Shown piece after piece: positions 22,910 to 33,703 of a DNA stretch of 64,000 nucleotides. Below the pieces are notes generated by a model, which was not told where the DNA came from, searched no databases, and was given only the letters and a program-made list of their open reading frames with translations. Made by a program: the position numbers and the translations under genes. The stretch is taken from positions 320,001-384,000 of the forward strand of contig CAWBAT010000009.1 in the NCBI GenBank assembly GCA_963786955.1, read 5' to 3'. The stretch's first letter is position 1. Each line of letters opens with the position of its first letter. This DNA comes from an uncultured Acidimicrobiia bacterium (GTDB lineage Bacteria > Acidobacteriota > Terriglobia > Versatilivoradales > Versatilivoraceae).

Positions 22910-23414
22910 ATGACCAATCGGAAATCGTTGTTAGGTGGACTGATCATCATCTTGCTATTGGGGATCGTCTTCTACCTGGTGGTAATCGGTTACTTTGCCG
23001 GGGCGAAACCGATCTGTGCCGTCTGTCAGCGCCCTTTACATAAGGCGGTTTCTTTTACTTTGCAATCATCTAAGGGCCGAACCATGTCAACTTGTTGCCC
23101 TCGTTGTGGCTTGCGCTACGTCGTTGACGGGAATGCCTCTCCTCTTTGGGCGACAGACTTCAGTAACGGCAAGGCGATCCCTGCCAAAGAGGCTATTTTA
23201 CCTGGAAGGATCACAGATTATGGAATGCTGCGCCACGCCAACCCTCAGAGGGGAACACGGCATCGTCTGCGAAATGCACTTTGACCGGTGTCAGCCAAGC
23301 CTTGTCACGTTTGCCAATCATGAAGAAGCGCAACGCTATCAAGCTGAGCATGGCGGCCACATCTTTCATTACGATGATGCTCTCGCCAGCGTGCAGCACC
23401 AGATGGTGAGGTAG
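22910..23414 (+). CDS. NosL-like membrane-anchored Cys-rich metal-binding protein (frameshift near 23195)
   Basis: N-terminal TM, CAVC, CCPRC, ATDF, FYLEGS, FANHEEAQRYQAEHGG. Confidence 0.65.
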
Positions 23415-23443
23415 TCCATAGGAAAGCGGGCGTCTCGCTCGCT

Positions 23444-24250
23444 TTGGCAGTTAACGGAGGGAAAATGCAAAAACACACTAATCCGTTCACCTCGGTAGAG
23501 GCCGTCGTGAGACCTTACAAATCAATGGCTTCATATCTTGCACTGGTCTGGATTGCCATTGCTGTTTTCCTGCAAATGTCCTCTTCACTCAGGGCTGAGG
23601 TACGCCTGCCTGTCCGGCATGAACATTCACTGAAAGACTGCACAGGAGAGCTTGTATTTATGGACCAGGGAGTTGAATATGTCACTAAAAATGCAAAGCA
23701 CGCCCGGTCCTGGACTTACACAGATATTCAACAACTCGGGCTGTTCGATTCAAAAAACATTTCCATCGTAACGTATGAAGACAGCAGACTGGAGTTGGGA
23801 AAAGACCGGCGCTTCCATTTTGTGGTGACTGAGGGGTCTATACCGGATTCACTTCCCAGTTTTCTTCAACCCCGCTTGACGAGACCGCTCGTTACCGGGA
23901 TCATGCCGCCTGGGCTTCAAAGCAAATATGAGATTCCAGTAAAACACCTGCACGCCTGGGGAGGATGTCAGGGATTGCTCCGGATAAGTGAAGATACCAT
24001 CAGCTACGAGACCACAAACCATGAAGATTCACGCCTCTGGCGCTACGATGCGATTTCATCCATGGGCAGCACGGGACCCTATCAGCTGCGGTTGACAACC
24101 ATGGAAAGAACAGGATCAGAAATCAGCGGCGAGAAAAATTTTATTTTCGATCTGAAGTTGCGTCTCGAGCCGAAAGTCTATGACTTCCTCTGGTGGAAGA
24201 TCAATGGTCCACAAATCCATGCGCAGAACCAAAATGGACAAAGGCAATAA
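23444..24250 (+). CDS. Exported hypothetical protein with two internal repeats
   Basis: PVRHEHSLKDCTGEL.. versus PVKHLHAWGGCQGLL..; hydrophobic signal segment. Confidence 0.7.
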   Translation: MAVNGGKMQKHTNPFTSVEAVVRPYKSMASYLALVWIAIAVFLQMSSSLRAEVRLPVRHEHSLKDCTGELVFMDQGVEYVTKNAKHARSWTYTDIQQLGLFDSKNISIVTYEDSRLELGKDRRFHFVVTEGSIPDSLPSFLQPRLTRPLVTGIMPPGLQSKYEIPVKHLHAWGGCQGLLRISEDTISYETTNHEDSRLWRYDAISSMGSTGPYQLRLTTMERTGSEISGEKNFIFDLKLRLEPKVYDFLWWKINGPQIHAQNQNGQRQ

Positions 24251-24255
24251 GGACC

Positions 24256-24329
24256 TGTAGCGGCGCTCTATGAGCGCCGGCCAAGCTGTTAAAATGAAAA
24301 GAACACGGCGGTCACAGACCGCCGCTACA
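24256..24329. repeat. REPIN: inverted pair of GTAG-family REPs
   Basis: TGTAGCGGCGCTCTATGAGCGCCG ... CGGCGGTCACAGACCGCCGCTACA, between convergent genes. Confidence 0.88.
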
Positions 24330-24424
24330 GCCGATTCATTCACGCATTACTTTGGACAAGGGGGGTTGTTACAATTCGCTATGGGGGTGGAGACCTCTGC
24401 TACAGTAGCATTCTCCTTGTCTCT

Positions 24425-26437
24425 TCAGACCTTCCCCAATGCCTTCTTCCCTGCTTCCAAGGTTTCGATGATGGTGTCCACGTCGAACACACACCCTCCC
24501 CAGGTTCCACCGCTCGCATTCTGTAATGCGGCCCAGAGCCTGGTATCGTCCGGGATTTGCGGGTCGCTAGTCAGATCGGGTCGCAACTTTCGTTGTGCAA
24601 GGACACGCTCCCCTTCTACGGCTCCAAAGATTTGCCCTCCGTGACCAACCAGATCAATGCTTCCTTCTAACTTGTTCCGGTCAACAATGATCTGAATAAT
24701 GTCTCCTTCAATCACCTTTCCGATAGGCCCGCCGGCCAGGGCCTCAGGCCCTACATGTCCGATACAGGCACCGGTGGAGACTCCCGAGAACCTGGCATCC
24801 GTTATGACCGCGATTTGTTTTCCAAAAGAGAGATGTTTGAGTGCCGAAGTAATTTGATAGATCTCTTCCATACCCGATCCTGCAGGTCCACGACAGATGA
24901 GAACAACAATATCCCCAGGTTTGACACGATCCGACTCATGACTTTTGATCGCTGCAATTGCCTCCCGCTCGCGTGTGAAGATTCTAGCCGGACCCACTTT
25001 TCGGTAAATCCCGTCAGCATCAACAACCGTGGGATCAATGGCGGTGCTTTTGATCACGGAGCCTTCCGGCGCAAGATTTCCTTTCGGAAAGGTGACCGTA
25101 CTGGTCAACCCTTTCTTCTTCGCCGATTCCGGGCTGAGGATCACATCATCAGGGTCGATTCCGTCCTTCTTGCGTAGGGCCTCCCGAACCCGCGTACGAC
25201 GCTCCGAGTGTTCCCACCAGTCCAGGACCTCTCCCAGCGGCTTACCGGATGCGGTCATGACATCGAGATGGAGTAACCCGAGTCGTCGGAGATGAAGCAT
25301 GACTTCCGGAACGCCGCCTGCCAGAAACACGCGAACCGTCGGATGATACATGGGACCATTCGGGAGCACATCGACGATGCGGGGAACCTGACGATTGAGG
25401 TCGATCCAATCCTGAACCGAAGGGCGTTTGATTCCTGCCGCATGGGCAATGGCTGGAATATGGAGGAGAAGATTCGTCGATCCGCCGAATGCAGCATGAA
25501 CCGCCATGGCATTCCGGAAGGCGTTTTCGGTCAAAATTTGATTGATATGAATCTTCTGGTCTTCCAACTGGATAAGAGCACGGGCCGATCGGCGAGCCAT
25601 GTCAAGCCAGATCGACTGCCCGGATGGAGCCAGAGCTGAGTGCGGCAAACTGAGGCCCAGCGCTTCCCCCACAACCTGGGAGGTCGCCGCCGTTCCCAAG
25701 AACTGGCAACCCCCACCAGGAGTTGCGCAAGCGGAACAAAGCAGTTCCGCGGCATCTTCAAAACTCACCTCACCATGCGCGAATCGCGCGCTCAACGATT
25801 GTACGGCTCCTGCATCCTCGCCTTCCTCCGGGGGAAGAGTGACACCGCCGGGCACCAGAATACACGGCAATTGATGCATTGAAGCTAACGCCATCATCAT
25901 GGCCGGCAACCCTTTATCACAGGTAGCCACTCCCATGACCCCGTGGCGAGTTGGGATCGATCGAATGAGCCGGCGAAAAACCTGAGCGGCATCGTTGCGA
26001 TAAGGGAGGCTGTCCATCATGCCTGCCGTCCCCTGCGTCCGGCCATCACAGGGGTCCGTGCAGAACCCCGCAAAAGGTAGACAATTTCGTAATTTAAACT
26101 CCTGGGCAGCCGCTTGCATTAAAAGGCCCACTTCCCAATGCCCAGTATGGTAGCCAAGCGCCACAGGTTGGCCATCGGGTTCTCGGATCCCGCCCTGCGT
26201 ACTTAAGATCAGAAATTGCTTCCCATTTAGCGCCGAAGGACTCCACCCCATTCCTGCATTCTGGCTATAGGCAAACAGGTTGCCGCTGGGTGAGTCGCGC
26301 AACATCTCCTCTGTAATTGGGACGCGCCCCTGCGGACCGGGAGATTTGGTTTCAATTTGATCAATGGCCGCGGGGTCTGATTCGAGTATGGATTTAACGA
26401 CTTCTTCAGCCAGGTTGCTCTTGTTTGATTCCTTCAC
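24425..26437 (-). CDS. YjhG/YagF-family D-xylonate dehydratase (IlvD/Edd superfamily)
   Basis: [55 protein letters not shown]. Confidence 0.9.
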   Translation of the reverse strand: MKESNKSNLAEEVVKSILESDPAAIDQIETKSPGPQGRVPITEEMLRDSPSGNLFAYSQNAGMGWSPSALNGKQFLILSTQGGIREPDGQPVALGYHTGHWEVGLLMQAAAQEFKLRNCLPFAGFCTDPCDGRTQGTAGMMDSLPYRNDAAQVFRRLIRSIPTRHGVMGVATCDKGLPAMMMALASMHQLPCILVPGGVTLPPEEGEDAGAVQSLSARFAHGEVSFEDAAELLCSACATPGGGCQFLGTAATSQVVGEALGLSLPHSALAPSGQSIWLDMARRSARALIQLEDQKIHINQILTENAFRNAMAVHAAFGGSTNLLLHIPAIAHAAGIKRPSVQDWIDLNRQVPRIVDVLPNGPMYHPTVRVFLAGGVPEVMLHLRRLGLLHLDVMTASGKPLGEVLDWWEHSERRTRVREALRKKDGIDPDDVILSPESAKKKGLTSTVTFPKGNLAPEGSVIKSTAIDPTVVDADGIYRKVGPARIFTREREAIAAIKSHESDRVKPGDIVVLICRGPAGSGMEEIYQITSALKHLSFGKQIAVITDARFSGVSTGACIGHVGPEALAGGPIGKVIEGDIIQIIVDRNKLEGSIDLVGHGGQIFGAVEGERVLAQRKLRPDLTSDPQIPDDTRLWAALQNASGGTWGGCVFDVDTIIETLEAGKKALGKV

Positions 26438-26663
26438 TTCATTCTCTCCTTAAAAGATTCCTGTCGGGTTTTCAACCTTACCAAATTCCCCTGAGTTTGT
26501 CTGTCCCCATAGTAACTAAATCCAAGCGCATTGCCATTGTAACTGCAGAAGACAGGTTGACCTTAAAGCGGACTTTTTTTCCGAAAAAAACCTCTAGCCC
26601 AATGCGACCTTTTACCCCGTGCTCTGAGAGGGTTTGTCTCCATCAAGAGACTCTACTGATGAG

Positions 26664-26752
26664 AATAAACCAGTTAGTTGGCGTCTCCAGTGTCCTACCT
26701 GCTTCAAAGAAATGCAGCGTGGCTGGAGCAACTCTTTGGCGAGAGAATTGCA
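26664..26752 (+). promoter_or_regulatory. Sigma-54 promoter with IHF-like site
   Basis: TGGCGAGAGAATTGCA at 26737-26752 (near consensus), 28 nt before the ATG; AATAAACCAGTTA at 26664-26676. Confidence 0.65.
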
Positions 26753-26779
26753 TCCATATATTGGTAGTGAGGGGGAAAC

Positions 26780-27118
26780 ATGAAAAGAAATCTTTCAGAA
26801 CTCGAACAAGGCCTGGATTGGATGAATCAGATAAAGCAAATTCTCGAGTTTGACGATAGCTCCATCAGGATGTTGCTTGGTCATTCTTATCCGAAGTTAT
26901 TCGACCAGGAAAAGGATTGGCCGATGGAAGATTCAATAGAATACAAGGTAGTCAGTTTTATGCCTCCAGAATCAGACAAGGTGTATTCGAATCTTGGTCA
27001 GTTTTCTGGTCAGCCAGATCTCAAGATGTTCTGGAACATTCATGTCCAAAAACAAGTTCTGTACTTTGAAGAAGAATGTCTACTGATGATGAATTTTTCC
27101 AGAAACCCCACCCTTTAG
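26780..27118 (+). CDS. Hypothetical protein, 112 aa
   Basis: GAGGGGG RBS, AT-richer ORF filling an intergenic gap, preceded by a -24/-12 motif. Confidence 0.65.
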   Translation: MKRNLSELEQGLDWMNQIKQILEFDDSSIRMLLGHSYPKLFDQEKDWPMEDSIEYKVVSFMPPESDKVYSNLGQFSGQPDLKMFWNIHVQKQVLYFEEECLLMMNFSRNPTL

Positions 27119-27170
27119 CCAAATACGACTTTTGAAGTGTCCGGCTCCCTGTGAAGAAAACATGCCGGAC

Positions 27171-28739
27171 TCACCTTGGACGCTTCTTCCAACGAACCAT
27201 TTCAACGACACCCCAACTCCCCACAGAAATCACAAGACACATCCACGCAAAGAGATCACCGAATTTTGTGTAAAGGGTTTGGTCAGCCTGAGTGTCAAAC
27301 CGTCCTTCAATCACAGTTCGTTCAAATCGCTTTGCCGTAACCAGGACTTCGCCATACGGGCTCACAATGGCACTGATCCCGTCATTAGCAACCCTGAGAA
27401 GGTAACGTCGATTTTCGACGGCGCGCATTCGAGCCATATTGAAATGCTGAAAAGGAGCCGCTGAATCGCCGAACCAGGCATCGTTTGTCACATTGACCAA
27501 TACCTCTGCTCCTAAGCGGGAAAATTGGCGTACTAAGTCTGGGAAAATTGCTTCGTAGCAAACAAATGTCCCCAACTCATGCCCGTTTTCCAGTCTTGAA
27601 ACAACGATTTCTTTTCCGGGTCGAAAGTTTCCTGCTTCCGTCGAAATCTTATTCACAAAGAAGAACACCTCCGGATAAGGGATATATTCTCCAAATGGGA
27701 CGAGATGAACTTTGTTGTATTGAGAGATCTTATCCCCAGAAGGTGAGAGTACTCCTACGCTATTGACTGGCATACCGTCTGGCTGAGCAGGAGTTGAACC
27801 TTGGAAATCGACAAAACCAAACAGAAAATAAGCATTCGCCTTGCGGGCGATACCCTGCAGTTGATCGCGAAAATCTTGATCATGATTGAAATAGAAAGGT
27901 GTCGGAGTTTCGGGCCAGAGAATCAGACTGAAGGAGGTTCCTTCTGCGGGCTTCTCCTTTTCAGAATCCGGGGTCGAAAGTTGGAACAGCTCATTGAGCA
28001 AATGGTGCCGAGACTCTTTGCTCCAGTCCTGGTCCAGTCCAATATTGGTCTGAACCATTCGAACGCGATTCTTCAGGTTCCCAGAGTGGATTTCTGGAAC
28101 TTTCCACAGAACACTGATGCCCCCAATTCCTAACAGAGTCCCTGCCAAAAACAAGGCTGATTTCCGGGAGTGAGAAATAAGGATATCGGCTAAGAACGCA
28201 TTCACGAGAACCAGCAGAAAGGAAAGTCCATAGACCCCTGTAAGTGAGGCGATTTGCACCAAGTGGAGATGATTGACTAGTGAATAGCCAAGAAGGCACC
28301 AGGGAAAGCCCGTTAGAAGATGCGTGCGGGCAAATTCGACCAGTACCCAGAAAAAAGGAGCGAGATAAAGAGACAAGGTCGGCCATGGAGCCGACAGTCT
28401 CGCAATGAGCAGCGTAAAAGCACCATAGAAGCAGGCCAGATAAGTGACCAGAAGAAAAAATATCAGACCGGATGCCAACCAGCCCAAGTCGCCGTAATTC
28501 TTGAGAACAGCGATAATCCAATAACAAGACCCCGTAAAAAAAACCGCCCCGCTTATCCACCCTAGCCCAAAAGCCCTTAGACTGGAGCGTTCCTGGCCAA
28601 TCGCAATCAGTAAGGGGACGAGAAAACACCACGCAAGCCAGGCGTAGGCAAATTTCGGAAACAGAGCAATATGGAGGGCCCCTGAGACTACTGCCAGCCC
28701 CAGTCGGTATTTGAAATGATATTGAATTCGGGAGGACAA
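27171..28739 (-). CDS. lnt: Apolipoprotein N-acyltransferase
   Basis: TGFPW, LWPE, YNKVHLVPFGEYIP, VCYEAIFP, TNDAWFG, RAVENRR. Confidence 0.95.
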   Translation of the reverse strand: MSSRIQYHFKYRLGLAVVSGALHIALFPKFAYAWLAWCFLVPLLIAIGQERSSLRAFGLGWISGAVFFTGSCYWIIAVLKNYGDLGWLASGLIFFLLVTYLACFYGAFTLLIARLSAPWPTLSLYLAPFFWVLVEFARTHLLTGFPWCLLGYSLVNHLHLVQIASLTGVYGLSFLLVLVNAFLADILISHSRKSALFLAGTLLGIGGISVLWKVPEIHSGNLKNRVRMVQTNIGLDQDWSKESRHHLLNELFQLSTPDSEKEKPAEGTSFSLILWPETPTPFYFNHDQDFRDQLQGIARKANAYFLFGFVDFQGSTPAQPDGMPVNSVGVLSPSGDKISQYNKVHLVPFGEYIPYPEVFFFVNKISTEAGNFRPGKEIVVSRLENGHELGTFVCYEAIFPDLVRQFSRLGAEVLVNVTNDAWFGDSAAPFQHFNMARMRAVENRRYLLRVANDGISAIVSPYGEVLVTAKRFERTVIEGRFDTQADQTLYTKFGDLFAWMCLVISVGSWGVVEMVRWKKRPR

Positions 28740-28744
28740 GGCGG

Positions 28745-29455
28745 TTACTGCCGTTTGATGATTGTCTTATACCCTTCAGATTCGAGCTTCTTCCTGATCC
28801 GGTTCGCTTCCGATTCACTATTGTAAGGCCCCACCTGAATGCGAATCAGATGGTCAGATTGATCCTTGTCAGGGTGGATAATAAAGACACGGTAGCCCTT
28901 CAATCGAAGGGTCTTGGAGAGCTTCTCAGCCTCAGCGGTACTTTTTAAAGCCGCCACTTGAAGGCTAATCACCGGCTCAGCAGAATGTTTCTCTGGCTGG
29001 GCGGTTGAACCATGCCCAGTTTCGTTCTTTGTGGAGGATGATTTAGAAGGTTTACTCGTCTTCTTTTCTTGTACGGGGTCCGGGTGAAAGTTGCCTTCAA
29101 CCTTAGGATCTTTCACTGCATTATAGAAGTCAAGGTCCGGGGGGGGCTCTCCTGCTGGCGAAGGTCCAGCCTCATGCGTCATATCTTTAGTCACCACCCC
29201 CGGATTCTTTTCCTCTGTCTGTGGACTCGTCTTTAAAGGGGATTCGTTAGGTTGGGAGGAATCCACAGCCATTTCCGGCCCTCCGGGATTCTTTTCTGCC
29301 CAGAGTTCCTTGGCCGCTGGCGGCTGGACATGCGCTCTACCCACCAGGTAGCCCAACGCAAAAAAAACCGCGCAAACGCCCACCGCAGCCAGAAAGAAAA
29401 AGGCCAAATGACGGTGATCGAGATTAAAGGAGTTCCCTTCCCGGCTTTCTCGCAT
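28745..29455 (-). CDS. SPOR domain protein (FtsN/DedD-like)
   Basis: N-terminal TM, disordered linker, LQVAAL...RIQVGPY SPOR domain. Confidence 0.85.
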   Translation of the reverse strand: MRESREGNSFNLDHRHLAFFFLAAVGVCAVFFALGYLVGRAHVQPPAAKELWAEKNPGGPEMAVDSSQPNESPLKTSPQTEEKNPGVVTKDMTHEAGPSPAGEPPPDLDFYNAVKDPKVEGNFHPDPVQEKKTSKPSKSSSTKNETGHGSTAQPEKHSAEPVISLQVAALKSTAEAEKLSKTLRLKGYRVFIIHPDKDQSDHLIRIQVGPYNSESEANRIRKKLESEGYKTIIKRQ

Positions 29456-29466
29456 GGATTCCTCGT

Positions 29467-30228
29467 CTACTTCTTGATAAATGCTGAGATAATATCGATC
29501 GGTACTGGGAAGACCACAGTCGTGTTCTTCTCTACACCGATTTCCGTCAAGGTCTGAAGATAACGCAATTGGATTGCAATGGGCTCCTTCGTAATCACGG
29601 CAGCGGCTTCGGCCAGCTTGGCAGAAGCCTCAAATTCACCCTCGGCATGAATGATCTTGGCTCGCTTCTCGCGCTCCGCCTCGGCCTGTTTTGCCATGGC
29701 TCTCTGCATTTCTTGGGGCAAGTCGACTTGCTTCACTTCAACCAGAGCCACCTTGATCCCCCAGGCATCCGTATGCTGGTCAAGGATGCTCTGTAGTTTA
29801 GCATTTAAGATCTCCCTCTTGCTGAGCAGATCATCGAGTGGCACTTCGCCAAGAACCGAGCGGAGAGTGGTCTGGGCGAGCTGTGAAGTGGCATAGAGAT
29901 AGTTCTCCACATCGACGATAGCCTTAATGGCGTTCATGACACGAAAATAGACCACCGCATTCACCTTCACCGAAACGTTATCTCTAGTAATGATGTCCTG
30001 GGGAGGCACATCGAGCGTCACCGTCCGCAATGGAACTTTGACGATTTTATCGATGGGCCAAAACACAAAGATCAACCCGGGGCCTTTGGGCTGGGGGAAA
30101 AGTCGACCCAAACGAAAAATCACACCGCGTTCATACTCTCGCAAGACATTCAGCGAGTTAAACAACCAGATCACCACGATAATGCTAAAAAACAACGTTA
30201 GAGGCGGATTGAAGGATTCCATTGTCAT
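29467..30228 (-). CDS. Slipin / SPFH (stomatin-like) protein
   Basis: [51 protein letters not shown]. Confidence 0.93.
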   Translation of the reverse strand: MTMESFNPPLTLFFSIIVVIWLFNSLNVLREYERGVIFRLGRLFPQPKGPGLIFVFWPIDKIVKVPLRTVTLDVPPQDIITRDNVSVKVNAVVYFRVMNAIKAIVDVENYLYATSQLAQTTLRSVLGEVPLDDLLSKREILNAKLQSILDQHTDAWGIKVALVEVKQVDLPQEMQRAMAKQAEAEREKRAKIIHAEGEFEASAKLAEAAAVITKEPIAIQLRYLQTLTEIGVEKNTTVVFPVPIDIISAFIKK

Positions 30229-30263
30229 TTCTCCTTTCACTAATAGCACAGAAACAGCGAAGC

Positions 30264-31535
30264 CTAGACCTTCTCGACGTTCAGTTTCATTCCTGAAACC
30301 GCCAGGACTTTCACGTTCTCACCGGAACGGATGAGCGAAGAACTGGAGGCTTGCCAAATCTCCCCATGCACCCGCACCTTCCCTTCCTCTAGAATCTCGG
30401 TCAGAGCCAGGCCAATTTCTCCGACCATGCCTTCTTCGCCGGTCACCGACTTCTTCCGATGCGAAAGAATGACCAGCCGCATCAAAAAAATGGTAATCGC
30501 AGCAAATGGGAGGGTAATCCCAATGGAGGTTGTGAGTCGAACTTTCAGTTCCGGGATGGGAGAATCAATCAAGATCAATGACCCGAGAATCATGGCAATC
30601 ATCCCAAGAACTGCCAAGATGCCATAGCTTGTTACCTTGGCCTCTAATACGAATAAAACAATGGCTCCTATGATCAGGACCACTCCTAGAAAATTGATGG
30701 GTAGAATATTGAGCGCCACCATAGCAAGGAACAAGCAGAGTGCTCCGACAACTCCGGGAAGAATAAATCCGGGATGAGTAAATTCAATGTACAATCCCAT
30801 GAGTCCGATGACTCCCAAAATGATGGCGATGTTGGGATCCAATACTTTCGTGAGCAATTTCTGCCGCGACGACATGGGGAACGGAAAGAGTACTTCGCCT
30901 TTTAACTTGAGCCGGTGAGCACTGCCATCGAATCGTTGAATGGTCTTGCCGTCAAACTGATTCAATAAATCTTCCGTGTTTTTGGCGACTCCGTCGATGA
31001 GATGCTGTTGTAGGGCTTCAGACTCGGTGAACGACTTACTCTCAATGACGCCTTTCTCAGCTAATTCGGCGTTTCTTCCTCGTTTGCTGGCAAAACTCCT
31101 CAAGTACGCCGCGGCATCGTTCTCGACCTTCTTATTCATAACCTCATCGATTTTTCCCCCGCCGAGCATGACGGGATGAGCCGCCCCGGTGTTGGTGCCC
31201 GGAGCCATTACGGCGAGGTCGGCGGAGAGCAGAATATAAAAACCCGCTGAGGCAGCACGGACACCGCTCGGAGCGACATAAACGATCACAGGGACTTTCG
31301 ATGCTAGAATCTTTTCGATGATTTCACGCATCGACTGATCGAGCCCACCGGGGGTACTGAGCCGGATAATGACCGCTTCGGCCTTTTCCGCTTCGGCCCG
31401 GGTGATGCCTTGAATAATATATTCAGCAGTCGCCGGATGGATGACGTCATTCACCTCCAGACTAAAAACACTGGCTCGGAGAAGTAAGGGAAATAGGAAG
31501 AGGTGGATTCCAATTACCGGAATGATTTTTCGCAT
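30264..31535 (-). CDS. nfeD: NfeD-family membrane serine protease
   Basis: [24 protein letters not shown]-terminal GEIWQA OB fold; adjacent to the slipin gene. Confidence 0.9.
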   Translation of the reverse strand: MRKIIPVIGIHLFLFPLLLRASVFSLEVNDVIHPATAEYIIQGITRAEAEKAEAVIIRLSTPGGLDQSMREIIEKILASKVPVIVYVAPSGVRAASAGFYILLSADLAVMAPGTNTGAAHPVMLGGGKIDEVMNKKVENDAAAYLRSFASKRGRNAELAEKGVIESKSFTESEALQQHLIDGVAKNTEDLLNQFDGKTIQRFDGSAHRLKLKGEVLFPFPMSSRQKLLTKVLDPNIAIILGVIGLMGLYIEFTHPGFILPGVVGALCLFLAMVALNILPINFLGVVLIIGAIVLFVLEAKVTSYGILAVLGMIAMILGSLILIDSPIPELKVRLTTSIGITLPFAAITIFLMRLVILSHRKKSVTGEEGMVGEIGLALTEILEEGKVRVHGEIWQASSSSLIRSGENVKVLAVSGMKLNVEKV

Positions 31536-31551
31536 CGAGATCACGCTTATC

Positions 31552-33129
31552 CTATTGGCTGGGAAGGTTTTTGAGAATTTCTTTGGCCTCGGCATTCCCA
31601 GGTTCAAGATCCAAGGCAATCAATGCCTCGGCCTTAGCCTCTTCCATTCGGTTCAGAGAAAGGTAGAGATGAGAAAGTTGGAGTCGAGCCGATGCACTTT
31701 CCTGCAACCACACGGCGGCACGGAGCTCCGAGATTGCTTTGTCCTTCTCTCCTTTGGCCTCCAGCACTCTGGCCATGATGAGTCTCGCTTCGATCGACTG
31801 GGGCGCGTCTTGGATGATTCTCATGAGTAACTGCTCCGCCTTATCCAGCTGTTTTGCCGCCAAACTCTGTTTAGCCAGTTCGATTCCCTCACGAATCTTT
31901 TCCTTTTCCGTTCGGGGACCTTCTTTCCATTCCTTGATTTGTCGGATCTGCAATTGAAGCTGCTTTAGACTGGATTCGTCGAAGTGTGTTTGGATCCGAA
32001 ACAGATCAGGAGCCTGCTTTCGCGCTTCCCAGCTCTCCACCTTCGGATTAAGACGTCGAGCCTCTTCCCAAGCAACTGCCGATTCCTCGGCGTTGCCAAG
32101 GGCCTGAAAACACTTGAACAAAAGATACTGTGCTTCCCCATCCGAACCAATGAATTCGTTCACTTCGTCCAAAGTTTTAATCGCCGCACTGAAATTTCCT
32201 GTTCTCCAATAGTAATAAGCCAGATTAAAACTATAATCCGGTTCCGATGGCTCCATTTCAACTGCCTTCTGTAACGCGGCGGCAGCCCTCTGATTTGAGC
32301 CCTGGAGGCTCAGGGAAATTCCGAGGTTACTGACAACCTGCCCCAATGGAACGATTCCGCTCAAACGCTGAAACTCCTCTACCGACTTGTCATAGCTTTT
32401 CAGGTAAAAATAGTTCAACCCTACCAGAAAATGGGCTTCCAGGTAACCTTCATTCAGCCTGAAGAGTTTCTGAAGCCACAGATTTGACGTTGCATAGTCC
32501 TTTTGCTGATAGTAAAGCTTGCCTAACTGAAGAATTGCTTTCGCATAATTGGGATACTCCCGTTCAGCCTGGCGAAAGAATCGGAGCTGTTTGATCTGAT
32601 CAGAGTCGATGACTCCCCGGATATAACTCTCCAGGGCGATATTCGGAATTGTTGGAAATTGTGCCAGATATGCTTCCAGACTCAGCGGGAACGAGCTATC
32701 GATTTGTGTCAGTAATTTCCAGGCCAGGCGCCCACTCAGCAATTGAATCTCTTCGAGCGGACCTGCTTCTTTTAAGGGTTGGTTAAGACTGTTCTTTCGT
32801 AAATCCAAAGCGGACAAGCTGACTTCGATCTTCTTCCCGTCTGAACTAAATTCCCCCAAAATCAAGAATTGAGCATCGAGTTCCTGTCCGATTTTGATCA
32901 AGGTTGCTTTCGACGAATTCAGGGAATAGGCAATCCCAATCCGATCAAATGCGATCACTTGTTCATCCCGGCCCAGAGAATTCAAACTCGGCCATTTCAT
33001 GCGCTCCTCAAGCAATTCAGGAAGACATTCACTCAGCCATTGAATGCCAGGATTTCTTGAGATATTGGTGAACGGAAGAACAACCAGGGTCCGAACCTCC
33101 GACATGCCTACTTGAGCGAAAGAGAGCAA
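31552..33129 (-). CDS. TPR protein with N-terminal TolB-like/FlgO-type domain (true start probably further upstream)
   Basis: VVLPFTNIS..WLSE N-terminus followed by multiple TPRs. Confidence 0.8.
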   Translation of the reverse strand: MLSFAQVGMSEVRTLVVLPFTNISRNPGIQWLSECLPELLEERMKWPSLNSLGRDEQVIAFDRIGIAYSLNSSKATLIKIGQELDAQFLILGEFSSDGKKIEVSLSALDLRKNSLNQPLKEAGPLEEIQLLSGRLAWKLLTQIDSSFPLSLEAYLAQFPTIPNIALESYIRGVIDSDQIKQLRFFRQAEREYPNYAKAILQLGKLYYQQKDYATSNLWLQKLFRLNEGYLEAHFLVGLNYFYLKSYDKSVEEFQRLSGIVPLGQVVSNLGISLSLQGSNQRAAAALQKAVEMEPSEPDYSFNLAYYYWRTGNFSAAIKTLDEVNEFIGSDGEAQYLLFKCFQALGNAEESAVAWEEARRLNPKVESWEARKQAPDLFRIQTHFDESSLKQLQLQIRQIKEWKEGPRTEKEKIREGIELAKQSLAAKQLDKAEQLLMRIIQDAPQSIEARLIMARVLEAKGEKDKAISELRAAVWLQESASARLQLSHLYLSLNRMEEAKAEALIALDLEPGNAEAKEILKNLPSQ

Positions 33130-33463
33130 GAGGCAGAGCAGTCAGAAATCCTCTCCGAGCGCTAGAGACTCCTAAAGAAGCGCGGCCTGCTCGTCGTGAA
33201 CACCCTCCGGCTTAGGCTCTCAATTCCTCGAATCCTGGAGTGAGCCTTCGTCTGGAGGGTTTTCGTAGTCCCGCGAATCCTAGCTTCTAATTCTCATAAC
33301 TTCATTATTATATCAAAGCAAAATCATGACTTACATCTCGAAAGGCAGCTCCGATCCAAGATATTGATTGAACTTTTCCAATTCTGAGCTTCGTTCCTAG
33401 GAATGGGTGTACGGTAAGCTGATGTGGGTTATAATGGGAAATTTAGAGGAGCACTTGACAAAT

Positions 33464-33661
33464 ATGAATCCAGCTAAGACTCGATCCCTGGTAGGGCCCT
33501 TGGTTTTGATTGGAATCGGTATCTTGTTTTTGATTCACAATTTAACCGAGATCAACATATTTAAATTGATTTGGCCTTATTGGCCTTTAGTTTTGATCCT
33601 GATCGGGGTCAGTAAGCTCGTGGAGTACTACAAGAGGAAAAATCCGATTTCCGGGGAATGA
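33464..33661 (+). CDS. Small membrane protein (LiaF-TM/DUF5668-like)
   Basis: GPLVLIGIGILFLIHN..WPYWPLVLILIG. Confidence 0.75.
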   Translation: MNPAKTRSLVGPLVLIGIGILFLIHNLTEINIFKLIWPYWPLVLILIGVSKLVEYYKRKNPISGE

Positions 33662-33703
33662 TTTGAGCTAGCACCCTGGGAGTGAAAGCTTGGTGTTCCG
33701 ACC

